A stretch of 64,000 nt of DNA from Dehalococcoidia bacterium (lineage in GTDB: Bacteria > Chloroflexota > Dehalococcoidia > Lucifugimonadales > UBA3495), in NCBI GenBank assembly GCA_965215425.1, contig OZ244064.1, positions 1,116,095 to 1,180,094 of the forward strand, read 5' to 3'. Numbering within the stretch: position 1 is the first letter of the stretch; each line of letters begins with the position of its first letter. This document shows, in pieces, positions 43,730 through 52,464 of the stretch. A model generated the notes under the pieces. The model was given only the letters and a program-made list of their open reading frames with translations, made no database searches and was not told where the DNA came from. Made by a program: the position numbers and the translations under genes.

Positions 43730-44506
43730 ATGCGTCCTTTAGTTTGCCTGATTTGGGCCGGCTTGCTGGCGGCCGGCTTGCTGGGTGGATGCAGCCCGCC
43801 CGCCGGCGGCGGGCGGCCCGCTCCTTTACCCGCGGCGCCGGTGATTACGCCACTACCGGAACTGCCGGCCCCAACGGAACTTCCGACGCCGACCGAACCG
43901 CCGGCCCCAACGGGATTGGCGACTCCGCCCCGGCTGGTTGCGGCGGGAGAATTGCCGGCCGCAACGGAACTGCCGGCGTCCACTGCGCTGCCCACCCCGG
44001 TGGCCGCTCCGGTGGCCCCGCTGCTGGCCCCAATGGAGGCGCTCCTGCTGCCCTCGCCGACGGCAACCGACCCGCCGGCGCCCGACCCGACCTTGCCCCC
44101 CGACCCGTCGCGGCCTCGGGTAATTATCGGGGGGGTTGCCTGGACGGTGGAATTGGCCCTTACCCCGCAGCAGAGGGCCCAGGGCTTGTCCGGGCGGGAA
44201 GAACTGCCCGCCGGCGCCGGGATGCTGTTCATCTATGACCGGGAGAGCCGGCGGAGTTTCTGGATGCCGGATATGCATTTCCCCCTGGATCTGGTCTGGA
44301 TCGACGGCGATTGCGCGGTGGCGCATATTACCCGGAACGCCCCGCCCCAGGCGCCGGGGCAGTCCCGGGCCGACCTGCCCCGTTATTCCGCCGATAAGGT
44401 CCAATACGTGCTGGAGATAAACGCCGGGGAGGCTGACGCCCACGGAATCCGCCCCGGCGCCCCGGTCAAGTTCAACGGCGCCCGGTCCGGCGCCTACGGT
44501 TGCTGA
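43730..44506 (+). CDS. Lipoprotein with a Pro-rich linker and a DUF192 domain
   Basis: Lipobox LLGGCS; PAPT-rich linker; LTPQQRAQGLSGREELPAGAGMLFIY...FWMPDMHFPLDLVWID. Confidence 0.7.
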   Translation: MRPLVCLIWAGLLAAGLLGGCSPPAGGGRPAPLPAAPVITPLPELPAPTELPTPTEPPAPTGLATPPRLVAAGELPAATELPASTALPTPVAAPVAPLLAPMEALLLPSPTATDPPAPDPTLPPDPSRPRVIIGGVAWTVELALTPQQRAQGLSGREELPAGAGMLFIYDRESRRSFWMPDMHFPLDLVWIDGDCAVAHITRNAPPQAPGQSRADLPRYSADKVQYVLEINAGEADAHGIRPGAPVKFNGARSGAYGC

Positions 44507-44735
44507 CAGCCCGGCACGGCTCCCCTCGCCCCTGGCCGTGGGAGCAAGGCCTATACGGTAAGTACCGCCGCCAATGTTGCCTTCCCCGGCCCGGGGCGAG
44601 GGGAGCAAGACTCGAGGTTGCGCCCGGTGGCCTGCTGGGCTAGAGTAGAGCTGGAGAGTAGAGGCCGCGACCACAACCGCCCGGGTTGGCAAATATCGAA
44701 GATTTGAGATTTTAAGATTTAAGGAACTTTGCCTG

Positions 44736-45665
44736 ATGGATATATTGGTTTCCGGGTCGTTATCTTACGACCGCATTATGGACTTTCCCGGCCGCTTTTC
44801 CGACCACATTATGCCCGACAAGGTTCATATGATCAATGTCAGCTTCACCGTCAACGGGTTGAAGGAGAACTTTGGCGGCACCGCCGGCAACATCGCCTAC
44901 GCCCTGTCCCTGTTGGGCGAAAAGCCCCGGATTCTGGCCGCCATCGGCCACGACTATCATCGCTATTTCCAGTGGTTTGAGCAGTGCGGCCTGGCTACCG
45001 GGGACATCCGCATCGTCCAGGAGGAAGCCACCGCCTCCGCCTACATCACCACCGACCAAGCGGACAATCAGATTACCGGTTTCAACCCCGGCGCGATGCG
45101 CTTCCAGTCGGGTTTTGACTTTGCCCAGGTCAACCCGGCCGAGTGCATCGCCATCGTGGCCCCGGGCAATTTGCAGGATATGGCCGAATATACCGGGGCC
45201 CACCACCGTCTGGGTATCTACACCATTTTTGACCCCGGCCAGTCCTTACCCGCCTGGTCGGGCCACGACCTGGCCCGCTGCATCGGCCAGTCGGACCTGC
45301 TGGTATCCAACGACTACGAACTGGCCCTGATCAAGGACAAGACCGGCAGGTCCCTGGAGGAGTTGCTGAAGTTGGTGGGAACCATCGTAACCACCAAGGG
45401 GGAGCAGGGGTGCGAGGTAATGACCCGCGCCGGGGCAATCCCGGTTCCGGTGATTCCCACGGCCAACGCCGTCGATCCCACCGGAGCCGGCGACGCCTTT
45501 CGCGGCGGCCTGATTAAGGGACTGGTGGCCGGGGCGCCGCTGGAGCGAGCGGTAATGATGGGCACCGTCTGCTCCCACTACGTCATCCAGAGCGTCGGCA
45601 CCCAGGAATACAGCTTCACCCGGCCGGAGTTCGCGGCCAAATTGGCGCAGCACTTCGGCGCCTGA
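44736..45665 (+). CDS. PfkB-family carbohydrate/nucleoside kinase
   Basis: GGTAGNIAYAL near the N-terminus and DPTGAGDAFRGG near the C-terminus. Confidence 0.85.
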   Translation: MDILVSGSLSYDRIMDFPGRFSDHIMPDKVHMINVSFTVNGLKENFGGTAGNIAYALSLLGEKPRILAAIGHDYHRYFQWFEQCGLATGDIRIVQEEATASAYITTDQADNQITGFNPGAMRFQSGFDFAQVNPAECIAIVAPGNLQDMAEYTGAHHRLGIYTIFDPGQSLPAWSGHDLARCIGQSDLLVSNDYELALIKDKTGRSLEELLKLVGTIVTTKGEQGCEVMTRAGAIPVPVIPTANAVDPTGAGDAFRGGLIKGLVAGAPLERAVMMGTVCSHYVIQSVGTQEYSFTRPEFAAKLAQHFGA

Positions 45666-45744
45666 ATAAACCCGCTCCGGTCTCGGCGCCTCCGGGTAAT
45701 AAATCCGTCAAGATCTACCAGCCCGGAGGCGCCGAGACCGGAGG

Positions 45745-46824
45745 CTACCGGGCCGGCCCGTTCACCACTTCCGGGTTCAACGTATGCACCGAGGTATGGC
45801 CGCAGTGGCCCAGCACCAGGTCAACCTCGTGGCGCAGGATTTCCAGCATCAGCCGCACCCCGTCGGCCCCGTTCCAGGCCAGGCCCCAGAACAATGGGCG
45901 GCCCACCAGCACCGCCCGCGCCCCCAGGGACAGGGCTTTGATAACATCGCTGCCCCGCCGGATGCCCGAGTCCAGGTAGATTTCGGCCCGGCCCTGCACC
46001 GCCGCGACGATTTCCGGCAACATCTCGATGGTGGACAGGGTGCCGTCCAACTGCCGGGCCCCGTGGTTGGATACCCAAACCCCTTCGACACCGTGTTCCA
46101 CCGCCTGGTATGCATCCTCGGCGGTGCGGATACCCTTCAGCACGATGGGCAGGGAGGTCTGGGAACGCAGCCAGCCCAGTTCACCCCAGGTCAGCGGGAT
46201 CGTGAAGGGCGCCTGGTAATACCGGGCGTCCAGGGTATCGGCCACCAGGCCCAGACCGGCTTCCTCGCCAACAAAGTTGCCGGGGTTGAACCCCCGGGGC
46301 CGTTCCGACCCGTGGCGGATGCTCCGCTCAATCGGGCTGTTGATGGGCGTATCCACGGTAACGGCGATGGCCTTATAGCCGGCCCGCTCCGCCCGCTTCA
46401 CCAGCATCTCCGTAGTCTCGTGGTTCCGGTGATACAGCTGAAACCACAGGGGGCCGCTGGCGGCGTCGGCCACCTCCTCCATGCTGTAGTGGGAGCCGGT
46501 CGCCAGCGCCATCAGGGTTTCGGCGGCGCCGGCGCCCCGGGCCGTAGCCAGTTCGCCGTCCGGATGCGCCATCTGATGCCCGCCCGCCGGCGCCAGCATC
46601 ACCGGAAAGCTGATTTTCTCGCCCAGCACGGTGGTGGACAGGTCCCGCTGCTCAATGTCCTGGAGGAACCGGGGCCGCAGGGTAATGGCCTCCAGCGCGG
46701 AGCGGTTCCGCTTCACGGTAACCTCGTCCTGGGCCGCGCCGTCAATGAAAGCCCAGGCATGGGGGCTGATGAACTTCGCCGCATGGGCTTCCAACTCGTG
46801 CAGGTTCAGGGGTTCCAGTCGCAT
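45745..46824 (-). CDS. FMN-dependent alpha-hydroxy acid dehydrogenase/oxidase
   Basis: LRPRFL..., VSNHGARQLD, DSGIRRGSDVIKALSLGA. GGAGGA RBS before the ATG at 46824. Confidence 0.85.
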   Translation of the reverse strand: MRLEPLNLHELEAHAAKFISPHAWAFIDGAAQDEVTVKRNRSALEAITLRPRFLQDIEQRDLSTTVLGEKISFPVMLAPAGGHQMAHPDGELATARGAGAAETLMALATGSHYSMEEVADAASGPLWFQLYHRNHETTEMLVKRAERAGYKAIAVTVDTPINSPIERSIRHGSERPRGFNPGNFVGEEAGLGLVADTLDARYYQAPFTIPLTWGELGWLRSQTSLPIVLKGIRTAEDAYQAVEHGVEGVWVSNHGARQLDGTLSTIEMLPEIVAAVQGRAEIYLDSGIRRGSDVIKALSLGARAVLVGRPLFWGLAWNGADGVRLMLEILRHEVDLVLGHCGHTSVHTLNPEVVNGPAR

Positions 46825-47056
46825 AGCACAATCCTCCGCCACTCGGGTAAAGTCGGGGTTGGACAATTATACACCAGGTCAGGCAAAGGTTTTTCGCGGA
46901 TGGCCCGGATTTTAAGGCCGCCGCGGGCCGGGTCCAGGGCTTATCCGCCACCCCCCTCCAGCCCTTTAGGCGCCGGCAGAGCGGCGCCAGCCAGAAGGCC
47001 AATATAGACGCCAACATAATGGAAGTCTATCGCGCGTAAGGCCGCCGCGTGTTACA

Positions 47057-47977
47057 ATGTCTGGCATGGCTACTATTGACAACATCGCCGACTTGGTCCG
47101 CATCCTGAAGGAACAGCCGGAATGGACTGAAACTCTGCGAAGCATCTTGCTGGCCGAGGAACTGCTGAACCTGCCGGCCCGGTTCGCAATGCTGAGCGAA
47201 CGGTTCACCATGCTGAGCGAGCAGTTCGCCACGCTGAGCGAACGGTTCATCATGCTGAGCGAGCAGTTCGCCACGCTGAGCGGGCAGTTCGCCGAGTTCG
47301 TCCAGGAAACCCGGGAGAACAACCGGGTAGTGAATATACGCTTGGCCCAGCAGGAGGAACAAACCCAACTGCTCCGGGAGCAGGTCCGGCAGCTAGCGGA
47401 ACGGACCCAACTGCTGGAGGAGCAGACTCAGCAGCTAACGGAGCGGACCCAACTGCTGGAGGAACAAACCCGCCTGCTCGGGGAGCAAACTCAGCAGCTA
47501 ACGGAACAGACCCGAATACTGACGCAACGGTTCAACCGGTTGGAAGGGCGGTTCAGCAACTTTGAGGGCGATTCTTACGAGCGCAAGGTGCGCAACCGGG
47601 CCCTGATCCGCGCCCAACGCTACCTGGGCCTGGAAGAGGCGCACCTGTCTATGTTCCAGGACGGTCAGATGACGCCAGCGTTGAACAGCGCCATTTTCCA
47701 GGCCTTCAGAAACGCCGTCATATCCGGGGATCAGGTTAATGAACTGGTCGAAACCGACATCATCGCCTCCGACCCGGGCAACCGGCACGTCGTTTTCGAA
47801 GTTTCCATCACCGCCGCCGCCACCGATGTTCACCGGGCCAAGTCCCGGGCCGACATCCTGGCTACCGTTACCGGCGGCACGGTAATACCGGCCATCATCA
47901 CCGCCAACCTGCACGAGTCCCAAAGGCTGGAGGCGGCCAACGAGGAGGTAACCGCCTTCATCATCCCCTACCCCTAG
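47057..47977 (+). CDS. Coiled-coil repeat protein with a PD-(D/E)XK-like C-terminal domain (weak)
   Basis: Heptad repeats MLSE(R/Q)F(T/A) x5 and 14-aa repeats (QLxERTQLLEEQTQ). C-terminal ETDII...VVFEVS pattern. Confidence 0.6.
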   Translation: MSGMATIDNIADLVRILKEQPEWTETLRSILLAEELLNLPARFAMLSERFTMLSEQFATLSERFIMLSEQFATLSGQFAEFVQETRENNRVVNIRLAQQEEQTQLLREQVRQLAERTQLLEEQTQQLTERTQLLEEQTRLLGEQTQQLTEQTRILTQRFNRLEGRFSNFEGDSYERKVRNRALIRAQRYLGLEEAHLSMFQDGQMTPALNSAIFQAFRNAVISGDQVNELVETDIIASDPGNRHVVFEVSITAAATDVHRAKSRADILATVTGGTVIPAIITANLHESQRLEAANEEVTAFIIPYP

Positions 47978-48188
47978 CGGCAGAGCGGACAAGACGCTTT
48001 TCCCTGGCCCCTCTCCCTCGGGGAGCAGGGGCGGGGGCGGATTGGTCGGCGGCCCTGCGCCGTGGACGTATAGCTGCCCTCTCCCTCGGGGAGCAAGGGC
48101 GGGTTTTCGCCCGGTTGTACCCGAAAAACTCCCCGCCCGGCAATGACCCTCCCGCCCCGTCGCTTCCCCGCCCCCGCCGATTTCATTG

Positions 48189-48218
48189 TTGACTAACCCC
48201 GCTCCCCTGCCTTATTCT
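48189..48218 (+). promoter_or_regulatory. Candidate promoter upstream of the hydratase genes
   Basis: TTGACT-N17/18-TTATTCT. Sequence resemblance only. Confidence 0.3.
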
Positions 48219-48291
48219 AGGCTTTAATTCCGCCCGCCGGGTGCGTTGCCTTGCATTACGCTACGTTGCGGGATTTGGAGGGGAAAGGAAT

Positions 48292-48843
48292 ATGACTCAG
48301 GAAACCCAATCGGCTCTTACCCCGGAAGTGAGCGCAATGATTGGCGTCTCCGGCGCGGTGGTGGAAGCCTGGGGCGTGGTGGACGCCGAATACCTGCGCC
48401 GCTTTACCCAGGCGGTGATGGACCCCGACCCCAGGTATTGGGACGCCGACTTCGCCGCTTCCACCCCGTACGGCCAGATTATCACCCCGCCCATAATGGT
48501 CAGCTACCTGGCCTCTCGCATCCGTCCCGACCAGGACGACCCGGTTACCCGGGCTTTTGAGGAAAACCCGGAATCCGACGGCATCGGCTCCATTGAACGT
48601 CCCGGTGAACTGCCTCCGGTGCCCACCAACCTGGTGCGGGTGCTCAATGCCGGCAACGAACTGGAAATCTACCAGTATCCAGGCATCGGCGACCGGGTTT
48701 TCTTCCAGAACAAATACTCGGACATCCGGGAGCGGGTGGGACGGGACGGCCGCCCCTTCCTGATTATCACCCGGGAGACCACTTACAAGAACCAGAAGGA
48801 TGAACTGCTGTGCATCACCCGGGCCTCCACCATTCGCCGGTAG
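48292..48843 (+). CDS. Hot-dog fold protein, MaoC/FAS1-like dehydratase N-terminal type
   Basis: VDAEYLRRFTQAVMDPDPRYWD...ITPPIM. GGAGGGGAAAGGA RBS. Confidence 0.65.
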   Translation: MTQETQSALTPEVSAMIGVSGAVVEAWGVVDAEYLRRFTQAVMDPDPRYWDADFAASTPYGQIITPPIMVSYLASRIRPDQDDPVTRAFEENPESDGIGSIERPGELPPVPTNLVRVLNAGNELEIYQYPGIGDRVFFQNKYSDIRERVGRDGRPFLIITRETTYKNQKDELLCITRASTIRR

Positions 48844-48953
48844 CCCCCCTGAACTCCCAACTTCTCTGCGCTTTTGCGGCTCCCGGTGAAAATCAATTTC
48901 AAGCGCGGCTTCACCCGGAGAACGGGGCGCAGCGATAAGAGAGGTATAGCTAA

Positions 48954-49514
48954 ATGACCACTCCCCTGGAAGACCTGTTGAAGATGGCGCCGGAGGAAAT
49001 CCTGGCCCACAACGAGCGGCCCAAGGCCGCTGACCTGCGCAACAAGCAGCAGATTTACTACGAAGACGTGAGCGAGGGCCTGGAACTGCCCAAGTATATC
49101 TACAATCCCACACCGACCCACCTGTTCCGCTGGAGCGCGGCCATCGAAAACTTCCACCGCATTCACTACGATTTGGACTTTGGCCTGAACCACGACCGGA
49201 ACCCCAGCATCCTGGTGCATGGTTCCTGGAAGCAGAGCGTGGTGCCCCAGTACCTGAAAGACTGGACCCTGCCCCGGGGCTGGCCCTGGAAGGCCCAGTT
49301 CGAGCACCGTGCCATGCTGGTTCCCGGCGACATTCTGATTATGTGGGGCCGGGTTACCGGCAAGTACGAGAAGGGCCGGATGGGTTTTATCGAGTTGGAG
49401 ATTGGAATGAAGACCCAGGACGGTATCGAGAGTATGCCCGGCGCCGCCACCGTGGTGCTGCCCCTGCGGGACGGCCCCGACATCCCCTATCCCTTCGTTC
49501 CCCCCGCCGACTAG
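48954..49514 (+). CDS. MaoC-like (R)-hydratase hot-dog protein
   Basis: LFRWSAAIENFHRIHYDLDF...ILVHG. Confidence 0.7.
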   Translation: MTTPLEDLLKMAPEEILAHNERPKAADLRNKQQIYYEDVSEGLELPKYIYNPTPTHLFRWSAAIENFHRIHYDLDFGLNHDRNPSILVHGSWKQSVVPQYLKDWTLPRGWPWKAQFEHRAMLVPGDILIMWGRVTGKYEKGRMGFIELEIGMKTQDGIESMPGAATVVLPLRDGPDIPYPFVPPAD

Positions 49515-49632
49515 CCACTTTCGGCGAACCGCCGGGGCTCGGCGTCTCCCGGTTGGCCGGATTTTCATTCCCGGGGAGACGCCGAAGCTATATCTGCGAG
49601 GCTATACCTGAAAAGTAAGAGGTAAGCAAGCG

Positions 49633-49902
49633 ATGGCTAGATTTATTGCCATTCACAACGTCCCGGGGATAACCGAAGAGGACTTCCGGGACAAGCTGGA
49701 CGCCGTTCGCAAGTGGCGCCCCGACCGTCGCACCACCGTGCTGAAAGTTTACGGCGACCTGGCAACGGGACGGCTGGTCTCCGAGTGCGAGGCGGTGGAA
49801 CGGTCCCACTTTGAGGACTGGATTAACCTGGTGGGCTGGCCCGCCGAGTCGATTCACCAGGTGGACCTGGTCTGCCAGGTGGGTAATTTCTGGAAACTGT
49901 AA
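49633..49902 (+). CDS. DUF4242-like small protein
   Basis: The 89-aa sequence MARFIAIHNVPGITEEDF... resembles the SCO4226/DUF4242 family as I recall it. Confidence 0.5.
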   Translation: MARFIAIHNVPGITEEDFRDKLDAVRKWRPDRRTTVLKVYGDLATGRLVSECEAVERSHFEDWINLVGWPAESIHQVDLVCQVGNFWKL

Positions 49903-50090
49903 CCCATGTCATAACTTGCCATAACCTGATTGAACCCGCGCCGGCTCCAGCGGCGCGGGAGAGGGGCGGCGCTTAACGCTTCATCAAGTTAAACCGTCCC
50001 CCGGGAACCCCGCCGGGGGCTTGCCCCGGTTCGCGACGAACGGTTCAGGGAGCCTTTCCCCATTCCCGGCGCGCCGGTTGAACCGCAAGC

Positions 50091-50999
50091 CTAACCGGGG
50101 GCCGGCGCGTCCTCTCTTTTTTCCACGTCTCCCGGATAGTAAACTTTCTGATACTGGGAGCAGATTTCCGCTCCCAGGCTCAGTATCAACGCCGCCAGAT
50201 ACACCCAAAAGAGAAAGACAATCGTCGAAGCAATGGAGCCGTACACCTGATTGTAATTGCCGTAGTTTAACAAGTACCAGGTAAAGGCTACTTTGCCCAG
50301 CTCAAAGAGGGTGGCGGCGACCACCGTCCCCAACCAGACATGTCGCCAGTAAACCCGGCAGTTGGGCACAAACCGGTAAATTATCAGAAAGGTTATTCCG
50401 GTAACCATCCAGGAAGTAAGTTGCAGGGCCACCCGCCCGCCGCCCGGAATCCCCAGGTCCTGCTCCTGTACTATCTGCAATCCGGAGGAAATCGCTACTG
50501 AAAAGAAGAACAGCAGCCCAAAGATGAGCAACGCCAATATATGCCGGAGCCTGGAAATGTGGAAGGGCTTGGCGCGGTGGATGTTCCAGGCGCGGTTCAC
50601 CACCCGGTTGATCGCCTCGAAAATAGAACCCGACGACCAGAGCATACCGACCATCGAGATAACCACCAGCGCCTCGCGCTGTTCCACCAGCTGGACGATG
50701 TTGCTTTCGATAAATGCGGCGGAGCCGGGCAGGTTCCCGATGACAAACTCCAGAAAGGCTTTCTGCAACACGTCCGAGGTGAACAGGTCGGAAATCACCA
50801 TCACGCCCAGAACGAAGGGGAACAGGGCGAAGATGGCGTAGTAAGCGACGCCGGCGGCCAGATGATTGGCGTCCCGGGTCCGCATCTCCTGGAATATCCG
50901 CACCGCCATAATGACCGGACGGTATTGCAGACAGGGGAGCCTGGCGGCCCGCTCCCGGAGGCTGGCTTGTTTATTTCGCAGCAACTTGGCGCCTAGCAT
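50091..50999 (-). CDS. YihY/BrkB-family membrane protein
   Basis: AGVAYYAIFALFPF..., six hydrophobic segments, typical length. Confidence 0.8.
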   Translation of the reverse strand: MLGAKLLRNKQASLRERAARLPCLQYRPVIMAVRIFQEMRTRDANHLAAGVAYYAIFALFPFVLGVMVISDLFTSDVLQKAFLEFVIGNLPGSAAFIESNIVQLVEQREALVVISMVGMLWSSGSIFEAINRVVNRAWNIHRAKPFHISRLRHILALLIFGLLFFFSVAISSGLQIVQEQDLGIPGGGRVALQLTSWMVTGITFLIIYRFVPNCRVYWRHVWLGTVVAATLFELGKVAFTWYLLNYGNYNQVYGSIASTIVFLFWVYLAALILSLGAEICSQYQKVYYPGDVEKREDAPAPG

Positions 51000-51015
51000 C
51001 AGTCGCCGATGTCTC

Positions 51016-51500
51016 CTTTGGGGTTATCCGGCCATCCTCCGGCCCGGCTTCTCCCGCCACCGAGCCCGCAACGGCGGCGGAACCGGAACCTTTGGGGTTA
51101 GCCGGCAATTTTCCAGTCTCGCTTCTCCCGCCACCGGGCCCGCAACGGCGGCGGAACCGGAACCTTTGGGGTTAGCCGGCCATCCTCCGGCCCGGCTTCT
51201 CCCGCCACCGGGCCCGCAACGGCGGCAGAACCCAAACCTTTGGGGTTAGCCGGCAATTTTCCAGTCTCGCTTCTCCCGCCTCCAGACCCGCAACGGCGGC
51301 GGAACCCAAACCTTTGGGGTTAGCCGGCAATTTTCCAGTCTCGCTTCTCCTGCCTCCAGACCCGCAACGGCGGCGGAACCCAAACCTTTGGGTTAGACGG
51401 CAATTTTCCAGTCTCGCTTCTCCCGCCTCCAGACCCGCAACGGCGGCGGAACCCAAACCTTTGGGGTTAGCCGGCCAGCTTCCGGCCCGGCTTCTCCCGG
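51016..51500. repeat. Tandem minisatellite, about 6.5 copies of a 74-bp unit with two alternating variant blocks
   Basis: The unit ctttggggttagccggcaattttccagtctcgcttctcccgcc(ac/tc)c(ggg/aga)cccgcaacggcggcggaacc(gg/ca)aac repeats head to tail with no unique spacers. Confidence 0.9.
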
Positions 51501-52039
51501 GCCGGCCGGCTTGACCGCCATACCCGGGGCGGCCAGTACCGGAACCAAACCCGCCCGAGGATCAACCGGTCGGCCACCGGGCCGAAGGCCCGGCTATCCT
51601 CGCTGTCGCCCCGGTTATCTCCCAGCAAAAAATACTCCCGGGAATCGGTAAACCACTGCCGGGCGTACTCCCGACGGGGCGACTCCCCCGGAGTTAGCGG
51701 GATAAGTCCCGGAGCCAGGTAAGGCTCCGGCTGCGGGTTGCCGTTAATCAATACCCGGCCCGCTTCCAGGGCGACGTGCTCGTCCGGCAAGCCGACAATG
51801 CGCTTGACGTAAACGCTTTGGGGCTTCTGCGGGTGGCGAAAGGCTACAATATACCCGCGTACCGTTCCGCTCCGGCGGTCCTCTTCCGGCAGGGGCAGGG
51901 TCTGCACGTGCTGCCGGTGGGCCAGGGTGGGCAGCATACTATCCCCGATTATCACCAAATGCCGGGAGTGGAACCGGCCGGAACCGCCCCGGACCAAGCG
52001 CCCGATTATACCGCTCCAAAGGCCGGCGAACATGGTCAT
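51467..52039 (-). CDS. lepB: Signal peptidase I
   Basis: GDSMLPTL and GDNRGDSEDSRAFGPV boxes. The start is uncertain: the track ORF extends to 52192, and the ATG at 52039 precedes the TM segment. Confidence 0.8.
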   Translation of the reverse strand: MTMFAGLWSGIIGRLVRGGSGRFHSRHLVIIGDSMLPTLAHRQHVQTLPLPEEDRRSGTVRGYIVAFRHPQKPQSVYVKRIVGLPDEHVALEAGRVLINGNPQPEPYLAPGLIPLTPGESPRREYARQWFTDSREYFLLGDNRGDSEDSRAFGPVADRLILGRVWFRYWPPRVWRSSRPAREKPGRKLAG

Positions 52040-52182
52040 AACCCATTTTAACCCGTCCGGTAGCCGGGCGGGTAGGTATCCGGGGCGCCAGGTCGGCACA
52101 AAGTCAGTAAAACCCGAACCCGTTGGCGGGGCGCCGGTCGCGCCGGAAGCGGACGGCCCGGCGACCGGGCGCGGAGCGAAGA

Positions 52183-52365
52183 GAGCGGTCAACCGGCCGG
52201 CCGGCTTTGGAAAGACCCGGCTCGCCCCCGGTTACCTTTTGGAGGGAGCGGTCAACCGGCCGGCTTTGGAAAGACCCGACTCGCCCCCGGTTACCTTTTG
52301 GAGGGAGCGGTCAACCGGCCGGCTTTGGAAAGACCCGACTCGCCCCCGGTTCCCTTTGGGGGGCC
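52183..52365. repeat. Tandem repeat, about 3 copies of a 60-64 bp unit
   Basis: gagcggtcaaccggccggctttggaaagacccgactcgcccccggttaccttttggaggg repeats head to tail. Confidence 0.85.
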
Positions 52366-52464
52366 AATCTGGACGGTTCAACCTCCCTGCCCTATAATCG
52401 GGGCCAACTTTACTATCCGGCGTCCTGCGTTGGAAGTTATTTGGAAGTTATCAGGAGGTTTCCC

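Noticed and set aside
51016-51500. Possible CRISPR array, given regularly spaced repeated sequence
   Set aside because: The 74-bp units abut each other with no unique spacers. The whole unit is repeated (only two alternating variants), and no cas genes are nearby. It is a tandem minisatellite.
52123-52464. N-terminal 114-codon extension of the oxidoreductase ORF, and the extension of lepB to 52192
   Set aside because: Both extensions run through the 60-64 bp tandem repeats and give Arg/Pro-rich text. A GTG with an AGGAGG RBS at 52465 gives the canonical Rossmann N-terminus.
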